Assembly: GCA_977862235.1 (NCBI GenBank)
Contig: OZ374563.1
Span: forward strand, 2,170,001-2,234,000
Source: Dudresnaya verticillata
Taxonomy: Eukaryota
Direction of reading: 5' to 3'
Length of the DNA stretch: 64,000 nucleotides
This document shows positions 23,237-35,605 of the stretch, piece after piece. The translations under genes and the position numbers were made by a program. The notes under the pieces are model-generated. The model did not search any database. It was not told the DNA's origin and saw only the letters and a list, made by a program, of their open reading frames with translations. Positions within the stretch are counted from its first letter, which is position 1, and each line of letters starts with the position of its first letter.

Positions 23237-26200
23237 TGTTAGATTTGTGTGTTGATGTGCCAACCAGTCTGGGCTACTCCCTGTTTATGGCTGGTCTTTA
23301 TACGGTAAGCAAAGTCCTACTACTACATTTTCGAACCTTTGCTTGCACGGCAGGAGAGTCCTCTCCGGGTGATAATTCCGGGGGAGTCTCCTGAAGAGCA
23401 GGGCCGGAGAGTTTCTGCACTTCTGTCATTGTCAGGTAAACTGCATTGTTGTGGTGCATGTTGACCGTGATAAGTTCGTGTCACATTGAACATCATTGTG
23501 CCAACATTCCCCCTCGAACTTAACAGCGGTCGATTGAGATGCCCATCATACTTGTGAACCTTGTATGTTTGAACTTCTGCAAGGCCTTGGTCATAACGTC
23601 TGCCACCATATTCTCGGTTGAGATGTACTGTAGTTCGATAGACGCTTTCTGGATGTGGTCACGAATGAAATGGTACTTGACATCGATGTGTTTCGTGCGT
23701 TCGTTGGAGACACTGTTCTTTGCGAGCGCCATCGAACCTTGATTGTCTGTGTATAATGTGAAAGTCTTGTTGGCATCTGCGCGAAACTCCTTGTTCAGTC
23801 GTTGAAGCCATAAAGCCTCACGAACGGCAAATGAAGTTGCAACATATTCGGCTTCAACACTTGACTGTGCTACTATACTTTGTTTCTTGCTACGCCATGA
23901 AATAGCCCCACCGCAACTCAGGAAAACAAATCCGCTTGTTGATTTCCTCTCAATGCGATCTCCGGCAAAGTCAGAATCAGTAAATCCATGCAACCCTACG
24001 CAATCTTTGCTCCTTGATACAAAGGAGATACCATTCTCTTCTGTACCTTTCAGGTAACGAAGGACATACTTGGCGGCATTCCAGTGTACTCTAGAAGGCT
24101 TTTGCATAAAACGGGAGAGATATGAAGTTGCAAACGCGATGTCTGGCCGGGTAGTGTTGGCAAGGTGCAGCAAACCTCCAACCAATTCGCGAAACGGTAC
24201 CGATTCTGGTTCCCATTCCCCCTCATCGGTGACGTTTGGGGTTTCCAGAATTGTGCCAGGTGGCAATGGAGTAGTTGTAGACTTGGCATACTGTAATCCG
24301 AACTTAGAAACCATCTCGCGGATCATGTGTGGACTGGATACCTGAATGCAACGTAGATCACGGTTACGATGAATGATGATACCTAAAAACTTCGTCACAC
24401 TCTTCTCGACGCGGATATCTACCTTTTCGGCAATAGATGTAGTTATCTTGCGCATTAATGAGAGGCTGGCACTGAAGAGTAGCATATCATCTACGTAGAC
24501 TAAAACAAACAAACGGATAGAGTCGAGGATAAGGATGTAGAGGCTAGCGTCAGACTCAGACTGAAAGAAACCCAGGGTCTTAAGAAGTGTATCGATTGTT
24601 CGATGCCAGGCACGCGAGGCTTGCTTCAGACCGTAGAGCGCTTTCAGGAGGCGGTAGACAAAATGACGTTTTTCATTGTTCACGAAACCCTCAGGTTGTT
24701 TCATGTAGATGACCTCGTCAAGGTCGCCCTTGAGAAACGCAGCCTTCACATCCAGTTGCATCATCTGTAAGTCCTCATCCGCTGCCAAGGAGAGAAGGAA
24801 ACGGAGCGTGGAGTATTTGGCTACAGGTGCAAATGTTTCTTCGTAGTCAATTCCATACCGCTGTGAAAATCCTTTTGCTACGAGGCGTGCTCGATATCGA
24901 GATACCCGGTGGTCAGCGTCTCGCTTCTTGAAATAAACCCACCTGTTCTGGACGGCCTTGGCATCCGTCGGGAGAGGAACAAGCATCCATGTACTCTTAC
25001 GCTCGATCTCAGCAATTTCTTCATTCATAGCCTGAACCCATTGATCCTTTTCAGGGCCGCCTACGGCCTCTTTGTATGTGGTCGGAACCTCGGCTGATTC
25101 ATTTCCCATTCGTACGTTAAGTGCAATTGATGCGATGTCACCGTATCGCGCTGGAGTTGTCGACGCACGATTAGAGCGACGCAATTGCGGGAAGTGGGTA
25201 AGTTCTTCAGTATTAACGGAACTAGGGGAGTTGCTGTCCCTATCCTCTTCGTCTTCGTGATCGGACTGGAGTTCTCCTTCTTCGTCATCGGAGTCGTCCG
25301 CGAGATCTGGGAGAGAATTGTTATCATCCTCCGGGTCAGGTAGTTCCATAAAGTTATGTTTGGTTTCCTCTTCTGGCTCTGACACAGCGTCAAGACCTGT
25401 GTAGGTCTCATCGCAGCTGACATCTCGGGAAGTAACAACTTTGCCATCGGTAACGAAGTAGACTTTGTAACTGTTGCCTCTTTCATAACCAACCAGGAGG
25501 CCTACCTTGGCCCGTGGTTCGAATTTGCTTTTCCTGGTTGCTTTGGGAATATGGACATACGCTCGGCAGCCAAACTTGCGGATGTGGGCTAGATTTGGCT
25601 TCTTGCCCATAATAACTTCGTACGGGGTCTGGTTGGACGAATTGCATGAACGGGTATACAGCCGGTTTCGAAGGTAGTTAGCTGTGTTTACAGCTTCAGC
25701 CCACAGTGATTCATGGTCAGGAATGTCTGAAACAGCCATGAGCATTGTTCGAGCCATGTCTAGCAGGGCACGGTTGAGTCGTTCGGCCTTTCCGTTAGAC
25801 TCCGGAGAGTACGAAGAGGTTAGTTCGTGAACTGTACCTCGATTGGAGAGCCATTTCTTGAACTTGTTGGAGAGGAATTCCCCGCCATTATCAGTACGCA
25901 TCCTCTTGACACGTACAAATTCGGGGTCGTAAGCGTCTGCAGTTACACGACGGGCTATTAGTCGTTTGACCTTAGAGCCGAATACAGTTTCCAATTCCAC
26001 TAGCATCTCTTTTAGTGCTTTGCTGGCATCTCCCTTCCCGGAGATGAAACGTACGAGAGACAAGGAACTGTGGTCATCGAGTAGAGTCACGAAATGCCGT
26101 GCACCCTTGATGGATCGGCGACGAGAGGGGCCAACTAAATCAGAGTGGACAAGATGTAACGGTTGTGTAGACTTCTGTTCTTCATCGGTGGCCTCAAAAC

Positions 26201-28049
26201 GTACTTTGCGAGTCGACTTTCCCTTGAGACAGCTATCGCACTTTGATGGAAACTTGCACTGAGATATTTCAAGACCATTGACTAGTGGAAGGGAATGCTG
26301 AATTGTTTCAGGACTAACGTGTCCCAGCCGTTCATGCCATAGCTTCTGTTTGGCTTCGACGGAAATGGCAGCAGTGTGAGTGTCAGCTTCCACTTGTGTT
26401 GGATTCATGGTGACTCGATACAGTCCGTCCTCGTGTTCGAGACCTTGAAGAATAACATCATTGCTACGGGATCCTGATACAGTACAGATTCCTTGGCCGT
26501 TGGTATCTGTCTCGAAGATAACGCGATGTCCCTGCTTGCGAAGACGACTAACTGAGATCAGGTTGCACATCAGTCCTGGAACATGTAGGACATTGGTCAT
26601 TCGGATGTTGACATCACGGTCGCCGACTTTCGCGACACACAACAAGTCACCAATGGCAACAACTGGAGATTGGTTGCCGTTCCCTACCATTACAGATGAT
26701 GGGCTTTGACTGATATTCTGGGTAAGGAAGTGCTCTGAGTTGTTCGTCATATGCGAGGAACAACCAGAATCAATATACCATTCATAAGGTGGCGAGGCAA
26801 GGACAGTAGTGTTAGCGGTTGCACATTTTGAGATGAACGTGATGTAATTTGACCCACTAGTAGCGGTGTTAGCATAATTTGCTGCTTCTGTCTCCTTCTG
26901 GTTCGAGCGCGGGTCGCGGAAGCTGCCTTGTGGTTTTCCATTTGCAGCACGAGGTCGATAGCGAGGGCTCTCTGGATTATCAAAACAGTCGGGCTTGATA
27001 TGACCGAGTCGTCCACAGTAGTGGCATTTCTTCTTTCTGTTTTGTGTTGCTGCTAATGCAGTAGAACTTTCTCCATTTGCCGTGCTAACGTCGTCTTGCA
27101 AAATGTTGATTTCCTCAAGGACGAGTTGCGATATACATTCTTCATACTTTGTGCCTGAGATCAACATTACTTTCTTCACAACATGATACTCCTCTCTAAG
27201 TCCTCGTAGTAAGGCCCTTTTGCGATCTCGCTCAGATATTGAATGTCCAACTGATGTTAACTTTTGCTCCAGGTTAGTCAACCGATTTACGTAGCTCATA
27301 ATATTCTCCGTCGGTAGCATGGTAACTGTCTGGTACTGCGTCAGATAGGCATCAATTGATGCCTCCGAAATAACTTGAAACATAGACTCAAGAGTGTCCC
27401 AAACTTGCTTAGCGTCTCGTAAGCCAATAACACGGGCGCTAATTGAGTCGTCCACAGTGAGTAGTAAGTTTGTAAGAGCGACATCATGGCGACGTTGAAA
27501 CTTTTCACCTTCATCGACGGAGGCACCTTCCGGTTTCTTCTCGGTGCCTGACACGATTCCCCAGAGCCCCTTGGCACGAAGTACTAACTCGATTTTACGA
27601 GACCATATGTAGTAGTTCTGGGATGTAAGCTTCTCAATACGATAGCGAGAGAGGTCTGTCCCACTTTCAGAATCCATGTTGTGGGAAGACTGACGAAAAA
27701 ACGAAACGACGAGTTGCTACGAAACGATAGACGGGACGTCAAGCGCAGATAGAATTGCGCGTACTAGAACCCCATAACCTGTTAGATTTGTGTGTTGATG
27801 TGCCAACCAGTCTGGGCTACTCCCTGTTTATGGCTGGTCTTTATACGGTAAGCAAAGTCCTACTACTACATTTTCGAACCTTTGCTTGCACGGCAGGAGA
27901 GTCCTCTCCGGGTGATAATTCCGGGGGAGTCTCCTGAAGAGCAGGGCCGGAGAGTTTCTGCACTTCTGTCATTGTCAGGTAAACTGCATTGTTGTGGTGC
28001 ATGTTGACCGTGATAAGTTCGTGTCACATTGAACATCATTGTGCCAACA
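23237..28049 (-). mobile_element. Full-length Ty1/copia element (family 1), copy 2
   Basis: LTRs 23237-23506 and 27780-28049; same GAATG TSD and same flanks as copy 1, so it was copied by segmental duplication rather than by transposition. Confidence 0.98.
23520..27677 (-). CDS. Copia Gag-Pol polyprotein, 1385 aa, intact
   Basis: Identical to 6184-10341 except V/F just after YVDDMLL (pos 24476). Confidence 0.97.
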   Translation of the reverse strand: MDSESGTDLSRYRIEKLTSQNYYIWSRKIELVLRAKGLWGIVSGTEKKPEGASVDEGEKFQRRHDVALTNLLLTVDDSISARVIGLRDAKQVWDTLESMFQVISEASIDAYLTQYQTVTMLPTENIMSYVNRLTNLEQKLTSVGHSISERDRKRALLRGLREEYHVVKKVMLISGTKYEECISQLVLEEINILQDDVSTANGESSTALAATQNRKKKCHYCGRLGHIKPDCFDNPESPRYRPRAANGKPQGSFRDPRSNQKETEAANYANTATSGSNYITFISKCATANTTVLASPPYEWYIDSGCSSHMTNNSEHFLTQNISQSPSSVMVGNGNQSPVVAIGDLLCVAKVGDRDVNIRMTNVLHVPGLMCNLISVSRLRKQGHRVIFETDTNGQGICTVSGSRSNDVILQGLEHEDGLYRVTMNPTQVEADTHTAAISVEAKQKLWHERLGHVSPETIQHSLPLVNGLEISQCKFPSKCDSCLKGKSTRKVRFEATDEEQKSTQPLHLVHSDLVGPSRRRSIKGARHFVTLLDDHSSLSLVRFISGKGDASKALKEMLVELETVFGSKVKRLIARRVTADAYDPEFVRVKRMRTDNGGEFLSNKFKKWLSNRGTVHELTSSYSPESNGKAERLNRALLDMARTMLMAVSDIPDHESLWAEAVNTANYLRNRLYTRSCNSSNQTPYEVIMGKKPNLAHIRKFGCRAYVHIPKATRKSKFEPRAKVGLLVGYERGNSYKVYFVTDGKVVTSRDVSCDETYTGLDAVSEPEEETKHNFMELPDPEDDNNSLPDLADDSDDEEGELQSDHEDEEDRDSNSPSSVNTEELTHFPQLRRSNRASTTPARYGDIASIALNVRMGNESAEVPTTYKEAVGGPEKDQWVQAMNEEIAEIERKSTWMLVPLPTDAKAVQNRWVYFKKRDADHRVSRYRARLVAKGFSQRYGIDYEETFAPVAKYSTLRFLLSLAADEDLQMMQLDVKAAFLKGDLDEVIYMKQPEGFVNNEKRHFVYRLLKALYGLKQASRAWHRTIDTLLKTLGFFQSESDASLYILILDSIRLFVLVYVDDMLLFSASLSLMRKITTSIAEKVDIRVEKSVTKFLGIIIHRNRDLRCIQVSSPHMIREMVSKFGLQYAKSTTTPLPPGTILETPNVTDEGEWEPESVPFRELVGGLLHLANTTRPDIAFATSYLSRFMQKPSRVHWNAAKYVLRYLKGTEENGISFVSRSKDCVGLHGFTDSDFAGDRIERKSTSGFVFLSCGGAISWRSKKQSIVAQSSVEAEYVATSFAVREALWLQRLNKEFRADANKTFTLYTDNQGSMALAKNSVSNERTKHIDVKYHFIRDHIQKASIELQYISTENMVADVMTKALQKFKHTRFTSMMGISIDRC

Positions 28050-29150
28050 GAATGCGCCTGTGCCCGACGTGAGAGTGGCAGCGGCTCGAAGACATAGCGC
28101 ATGGTTAGCAGCTGTTCTCGCGCGTGAAGCAAGGAGTACATGCGGCTAGGAAAAGGGGAAACCCGACAAGGAGCGGCGTAAGGCGAAACTGTGACCACCA
28201 AAGCCCCTCCCCTCTCCAGGCCCCGTGCGTCGGTGCGCCTTGTAACAGTCTGTGTGTGTGTCTGGGAAAGTACCTCTTGGACCTGGAGGATGCACAAAGG
28301 CGTCTTCCTTTTTTTGCTTCCCTAATACCACTGCTGATTTGAAAAAGAAGCTCACAAGAAGGTCCTATCCGGAAGAGGGCGGTAGGATTCACAAGCACAT
28401 TTTTCTCCAGACTGAAAACATCAGCTGCTCTTTGATCAAGTAGTAACTCGAAGCGCTGTACGTATGAGCGAGCTTTCATTTCTGCGGCCATGAGATCGGC
28501 TGTTACAACATCTAGGCATACATCAGCGCATTACGTACGATGGTTCTTGTCGAAGGACAACGCGATTTTGTAAGCCTTCGCAGTGCTGGATCTGTATTAG
28601 AGAGCGTGGAAAGGGCGACTATTTCGAAGATAAGACATCCAGATGCGGTGAGACCACGCCTACTGCCCAGTTCACGAAGATGTTCATTTACTATTGGGAT
28701 GTAGAATAAGTACACGAAAGGTCGTCGGAAGTGAGAGATGGGAACCTTTATTGTTTATGGTAGGGTGCGAAGTGAGGACTTGGAGGTTTGCAGAAATCTT
28801 GCAAAGCGCAATTGAAACGGACATACAACAGCGCCGGCATCAACTTACGAGCAAACGATAGTATGTGTGTCTCAAAAGTAAGAACAATGCTCGTTCCGTA
28901 CTTCCTATCCCCCAGATGCCTATGCCTTCCAAGTCTGGTATTTGATTTCTCTACGCCTGCGTCTTCAAAGATTGTAACTGGCCCACACTGGCGATGCCGT
29001 TCCCCGATCAATGACTGACGGTGGACAGTTGTCAACAATAGTCCTTCCTATCGCTTCTTCGTGTATCCGCAATAGAAAATCTCGCAGAACGTACACTGCC
29101 CCGTCTCGCTTACCAGGTGGTAAGCCATGGTTTCCTTGATCTACTGCCCC

Positions 29151-29777
29151 ATCTCCTCCGTGTTGTCCATGATGTCCATGCCGTCTTTGTCGTCTTTGTC
29201 GTCCTTGGCGTCCTTGTCGCCCATATTGCCCTCGCCGTTCATGCGGCCATGCCGTCTTTGTCTTCCTTTTCGTCGTTGGCGTCCATGTCGCCCTTACAGT
29301 CCATGCTGTCCGTGTCGCCTGCAACCCACATGGTATTGAAGCCCTCCGTGCCTACATGTCCTCCATGCGGTCCTCCTCGCCCTTCTGCCCTTCCTCCTCG
29401 TTGTCCTCCTCCTACACTTCCGCCGTCGTGTGGAGCCTGAAGAAGGTCAACACGCCACCTCCATAAGTTCCCACCTGCTCCCTGAGGGTGTGCAGAATGT
29501 AGTCACGAGCTTGCTGCCCATCTCTCTCGGTTCCATCAACATAGGCCTGGATGGTGGCGTACAGGACGTAGACATTACCCTGAAAGATGAACGTGCACAG
29601 AATCGTCACCTCCTCCAGATCTGTGGCCTGGTTGTTGGCAATGCGCGGCGCGGAGAATCGCATCGCAGCCTCCGACATGATGTGGCTGACATTAATCCCA
29701 AAGCGAGTCCGCTCGGCCCAAAAAGGGTTCTCTTCCGCCGACGAGGAGTCCCCCCAAAAAAGGCTAACGCTAGCCAT
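29151..29777 (-). pseudogene. Duplicate of the short ORF with decayed acidic tail
   Basis: Copy of 11815-12441. Confidence 0.35.
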
Positions 29778-30869
29778 TTCGAGAACCCGTACAAGACCTG
29801 GTCGTACCGTACAAGATAGTGATGCGTACTAATAGGAAAGAGCGAATGTTAGCAAAGGTTCGTCGCGTGTAACGAAGAGGGGTCAATGGCTTCTGCACAA
29901 ACGAAACGGGGTGGCCAAGGAATTTGCGCCGCGGGAACGATTTTTTTGGCTTGATGTGTTGTAGCACTACCAGTCGGATCGAGACAGTTTGCTTTTGTAA
30001 GAAGCGCGGGAAATGTTCAGAAGAGCACAAACGATATAGACACAAACGGGTATCACCAGGCGAGGTGCTACCATGCTAATCTATCGGCCGAGATGAATCT
30101 GCTTCTGCGATTGTCCATTCTCGAACGCCCCCTTCGCACATAATCAATGCTACTGTCACTCGCAAGCCATCCAACTCGAACATTTCCCGTTATGACGCCG
30201 AGCACCTCAGCTCTTCGCCAGTAGTGTGGAAAAATACTGTAAGCCGTTGCTCGGTTCTGTAAAGGGCAAGGGACACCCTGTCCCATACGCCACAAGCGTG
30301 GAAGTCGAGGTGCAACAGGCTGTTGATCAAGAGGCCGTCCCCGAAGCAGTCGGCCCAAGAGGACCTCAGGCCCGGGTGGGAGTTTGCAGCACGAAGAACA
30401 AGATTGACTGCCTCATAGTGTGGCCTTTGGAGGCCGCTTTGCCTAGGAGGAGCTTGACGAGAAGGCCTGGACACTTGGACTCTAGGGCGCAGAGAAATTC
30501 CCAAGTCCGAGCGACACGGTCATGGGCCGACCGATAGCAACCCCAGGTGATTGCTGCGTGCCGTAAACTGACATCTGCCGCGCGACGCCCGATTGCAACG
30601 CCACGTATATACCAAGGTGTTGCACCTCTTTCCTGTGTGAGCGCGGTTCCGTTCGTTCGCAGATCGTTAATGCCCATCTCCGTTTACTTCGTGCAAGTGC
30701 GGATCACCGCACCGTGGATTGAGGTTGCCACTCTCTCTGTCACGCCTACCGGTTCCAGAAATACAAACAACACCGACACCGACCGAGTGTTGCCCTTCTT
30801 CCCAAGCAGGTCCACAAACGGGGCCTGCACGAAACAAAATCAACGTCCGCCTTGAACTCCTTGGCTCTG

Positions 30870-31380
30870 CAGAGCACAGGGTGCAGATGGCGGCGATCGT
30901 ACTGGCAATGGTGTGAAGATCGTCGGGGGTGGCGTCTGGCTTGGAGAGCAGATGGAGTGCTTGGGTGTGGGTTCGAATGGTTGCACGTTTGGTAGTGCAG
31001 GAAGGGGGAATGGGGAAGGTACCCAAATGCCAGCGGATGGCTAGCAGTCTGTCGCGGTAGTTGGCGAGTCGCAGGACCGGCGCCGGACACAAAGGCAAGG
31101 GGAGAGGGGCGGGGTGGCGCCGTGTTAGTAGGGCTTCCTTCCAGGCGGAAAAGAATTACTGGGCAAGGACGCGAGGGGGGAACGGGTTTTGTAGCGGCTC
31201 TTGTAATGTCTCATTCGGCACATAGCGGAGGGCACGTAATGTGTGTCGGGTCTGTCAGGAGGGGCGTGATAGGCGCGGTTGGTGTCGAGCACGCCGTTGG
31301 AGGGTGGCGATTAGCTTGTGCTGTAAGGCTCGTTGGCGCAGGAGAGGCGGTTCAATCTGGAAGATGGTGGATTTTCGGTA
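30870..31380 (-). mobile_element. RWHLG-family non-LTR fragment
   Basis: Translates PVLRLANYRDRLLAIRWHLGTFPIPPSCTTKRATIRTH; aligns at DNA level with 34563-35045. Confidence 0.75.
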
Positions 31381-31429
31381 TGTATGTGTCTTAACCGTCC
31401 AGACACATGCCAAGGTCTCGACTATGATG

Positions 31430-32200
31430 ATGAGTGAGTTGTAAGGTGCGGGGGCGGAAGGAGTTTCAGGAATTTGATGCGGGTTAGGGTGAACCACAGA
31501 ACCACGACGGAGACCGGGCGGGTGGACGGGGCTAAGGCCTGAACACGTGGGGTGCGTGCTGGCGGGGATGGGGTTGCAGCGGGTTGCCGCGGTTGGAGAA
31601 AGATGAGATGCAGAGAGAGATGAGATGCAGGGCTGGGGGTTCGAGGATGGGTTGCCCCCCTTGAAATTGCCCGTAAACTCTACGAACTCTCTCTCTCCTT
31701 CGAGCATTTTGCCCCGATCTCACCAATGCCTTATCTCGAGGGCCTCGACGAGCTCCGTTCTGACTATGAGTCCAAAAACCAAAACAAACCTTCTCACTCG
31801 ACAGTTCCGGCAACGCGGCGTGCAGCGAGAGAGGGAACGTCTGTTTGCGACACTTTCGGCGATTTTTCGCGGACTGCCATTGGCCCGCGCTGCAAAATCT
31901 TCCAACGCCCTGAGAGCTGCTCCGCAGCACCGCATTGGGCGGGCGGCTGCACTGTTGCCCTTACGCCACACACACTACAGTACCGCCCCGCGCCATCGTC
32001 GCAAGCAACAAGCATGCATCCCATTAACCGCAAGATTCAGAGCACCATCTCTGCCGCTTCTGGACAGTTTTCAAGAAGGTTCACGAGCCCTTTCGAACGC
32101 TAGGACGCCTTCGTCTCCATACGGAATCTGCTGGTTTGCGAAAACTCGCACTGTGCAGAACGCCCGCCTCCGTATCTCTTTCTTCTGTCTACAGTCTCGC
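31430..32200 (-). repeat. Old inverted paralogue of 34270-35650 (gene remnant, conserved upstream element and start of the membrane-protein gene)
   Basis: QIPYGDEGVLAFE vs QIPYGEDGVPAFE (34330); 31857-31975 is the diverged reverse complement of ~35195-35310; PETPSAPAPY vs PETASQPAPF (35618). Confidence 0.7.
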
Positions 32201-32248
32201 GATAATTGAATGACCGATAAATGCATAATCCCGATATTCGAATACACT

Positions 32249-32270
32249 TATATATATATATATATATATA
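32249..32270. repeat. (TA)11 microsatellite
   Basis: Read directly from the sequence. Confidence 0.95.
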
Positions 32271-32876
32271 CAGTTTCCCGATGTGGGAAGCAGCAAAAAT
32301 AACTAAAATAGACACATTATGTTCTCCGGCGATTTGAATTCAGTTCCAGGACGGCGCAGGAGTGAAATCGCTCTCGTGGACCTGCTGGGGGTAGGGAGTG
32401 TAGCATCCGGAAGGGAAGAGGACAAAAAGGCGTGCCATTCGCGCTCAGACTATTGCTGCTTACCGCCAGAGCTCTAGATCGGCTTCTTATTCTCCGTTTG
32501 CAGCGCCATGCGCGCCTTGCCGCAGTGCGCGATGCGCATCAAACCACTCTCGATGACTTCATGCAGTAGCGCGGTACTGTATTCTGTAAGTAAATAAGCT
32601 CCCATACTGTAATGTGCTTTGTCATACACATCCAAAATTTGGATTCTCGCGGTAACTAAATACCAACCCTATCGACCGCCATTATTCATTTATCGCGAGT
32701 TGACTGCATTCGTCCAGTGGCTGCCGCTCAAACCGAGCGCCAGTTCAGAATCTTCCCGTGGTACAATGGCATCAAGCCCTGCACGACGCCGTTCTATAGC
32801 ACTCCGCGTTTTCCCCTGTAACATCCCCGGCCCTAGAGCTCATTCAGCTCGTAGCTAACTGCCTGCCCGCAATTCG

Positions 32877-33833
32877 ATGGCACCTCGGGACAGCTTTCTC
32901 GATACCACCTTCGGACCCGATCTCCGCCGCCACGGTGCGCGCCGCCGCCGCCACTACACCTCTGGTCGGGCCAACGGCCCATCGTTCTCACATGAGGCGT
33001 CGGGGCATGCCAAACGGGCCACATTGAGACCCCGCTCCGACGAATGTTTCCGGACCAGCTCCAAGAATGGCTTTCCTCTTTTGAATCGTATTTAGCCGAC
33101 AAAACCAGTGAATGTGGATTTGCTTATGGCATACGAGGGCACCCTTGAGAGCTTCTCTTCGGGCTCCAGGTCCATTTCGGGTCCCGAAGGGCACTGTCCG
33201 GCTGTTACAATCTGGCCAGCAAAAACGAATTCGCATCTGGGCCCAAAACTCTTCTTTGTCTGTGCAAATGCTAGTGTAACTGAACAACGACTCGATTCTC
33301 TGCATTTATTCCTATCGGTCACCTCACCAAATATTCCAAAAATTTCCTTTCTGCGTTGGTGGCCAAGCAGCCTGAGTGCGGAACATTCTAGCTCGGCTTT
33401 CGAAAACGGTTTTTTTATGCGAGAGACTGGGAACTTTATTCAGAACGGAAAAGAATGTTTTCTAAGAAGTAGAGCAACTCTTTTTCTCGGCGGCTACTCT
33501 GTGGTCTACGCATGCATATGTTTGCAATGCTGCAACGCAGAAATTGCTCCGTGTATGTCGAGAAGATGCAAACAAGCTTCAGAGTGTGATATTCAGTGGT
33601 TGTTGAAAGTGGTGGCTTTGGTCCTGTCACATCCCCTCGTTGTGAGCCATACTGCAAAACTTTGCGGAACTGTATGTCGCAAGCAACCTAAAATGAGACA
33701 CTACGCCACAATCTTTGAACTGGTGGCATCCTATACTTGTGAATCGGCCTTTGTCTGCTTCTTCTTCGCCTTGTGTTATATTGCCATCCCTGCTCGCGCG
33801 GACGGAAACTTTATTGGAGATTTACTAGCCTAG
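32877..33833 (+). pseudogene. Possible gene or pseudogene: 318-codon frame interrupted by one TAG
   Basis: ORFs 32877..33095 and 33108..33833 are in the same frame, separated by a single stop at 33093-33095; no recognised domain. Confidence 0.25.
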
Positions 33834-34384
33834 CGCTGAGTGTGCAATTATGCTTGGCTTCTGCAGCGGTTCTGCGTTGAAGGCGCACGTCAATCGTACA
33901 GTGTAACGTCACAACATCAGATTGAACGTGTTTCGTGCAGGCCCCGCTCCCGTCGGGGTAGAAGGGCTCGCTGTGGGCACTGTTAGCATTGCACGGGCGA
34001 GATATTTTAGTGAGTATGACGACCTAACAAACAACAGGAAATGTTGGGGTTGGATGACTCGGGAGTGGCAGCATCAGAGAGATGTATCATGCAAGAGGGC
34101 AAGAACACGTGGTCGTCCGAGCCTGGGAAGTTGTCCCGTGTGCGGCGGGGAGAGGAATATGGAGAGCTCCAGAATCCATCCGGTAACTGTGCAAGTTGGC
34201 CGCCGGACAGGAACAAGTGGTGGTCGCGGAACACTGTTGGCCAGTCGAGGGACGGAACTTCGTTGACTGCGACCTTACAAGAGCCCGGAGGGCAGTCTGG
34301 ACGGGCCAAGCGATATTTGGCCAAACTGCAGATTCCGTACGGAGAAGACGGTGTACCAGCGTTCGAAGGTAATGGTAAACTTTT

Positions 34385-35100
34385 AAAGGTTGTTTTAGGT
34401 GGTCCCGTTCGGGCGACTTAAAGGCCCATGTGCAGGCACACCAGGATCAGCTACGGTGGCAGAGGGCTGCCACTGTAGTATTATACCCCGGAGAGGAGAA
34501 AAGGAAAGCGCTGGTGTCTCCATGCTTGGGAGGATGGTGGCGTGTTCAGGAGGGAAGCTCTACAGAGCACAGGGTGCGGATGGCGGCGATCGTGTTGGCA
34601 ATGGTGTGTAGATCGTCGGGGGTGGCGTCTGGCTTGGAGAGCAGGTGGAGTGCTTAGGTGTGCGTTCGAAGGGTAGCACTTTTGGTAGGGCAGGAAGGGG
34701 GATGGGGAAGGTACCCAAATGCCAACGGATGGCCAGTAGTCTGTCGCGGTAGTTGGCCAGTCGCGGGGCCGGCGCGGGACACGAAGACGTGGGGAGAGGA
34801 GCGGGGTGGCGCCCTGTTAGGGCTTCGTTCCAGACGGAATTGCATTGCTGAACAAGGATAGGGCGGGAGCGGGTTCTGTAGCGGCTCTTGTAAATGTCTC
34901 ATTGGGCACATGGTGGAGGGCACTTATTGCTCGTCGGGCTTGCCAGGAGGGGCGCGATAGGCGCGGTTGGTGTCGAGCACGACGTTGGAGAGAGGCGATA
35001 AGCTTGTGCTAGGCTCGTCGGCGCAGGAGAGGCGGATTAATCTCAAAGATCGCGCGGAGCTTCTGTAGCCGGAGATGGGGCACAGGTGGTCGTGAATCTT
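34385..35100 (-). mobile_element. 5'-truncated RWHLG-family non-LTR element with 3' UTR
   Basis: Aligns with 30870-31370; family 3' stem-loop at 34399-34441; interrupts the 34041..34421 reading frame. Confidence 0.75.
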
Positions 35101-35605
35101 CTCCAGATTATGGTGCGTGATCTGAAGGCACTCCCTGCGCAGAGCGGCAGCGATGATGCCGCAGAGCGGCAGCGATGATGCCGCAGATTGGCCGCGTGCG
35201 TGGCGTGAGGGCAACAGTGCAGCCGCTCACCCAATGCGGTGGCGCGGAGCAGCCCTCATCGCGTTGGATGATTTTGCAGCGCGGGCCAATGGCAGCCCCT
35301 CGCCGAAAGTGGAGCGAAAGTAACGCAATCACACCATTCCTCACTGCCCGCCGCACTGCTGGAACGCCCGAATGAGTGCGAGAGAGAGAGCGCAGCCGTC
35401 CTTGACGACTCTCCCAAGCCTGGGCCGACCACCTCAACCCCCTTCGACTCTCCACTCTTAAGCACTCCACCCCTGCAATGCTCACCCACTGACCTCGCAA
35501 GCGCCTCACCCAGCTCTCCACGACGTTGCTCTGCCTCCAACCAGCCCCCACATCCCCCGCACCCTTCCAACCACCACGCCACCCGCACCACAACAACATC
35601 CCACC

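Larger units (their letters stand above)
17337..30869 (+). repeat. Segmental duplication, copy 2
   Basis: Matches 1-13533 at offset 17,336; ends where a LINE fragment begins at 30870. Confidence 0.97.

Noticed and set aside
23237..28049. Second copia-1 as an independent, site-specific insertion
   Set aside because: Identical TSD and kilobases of identical flank show it was copied within the segmental duplication.
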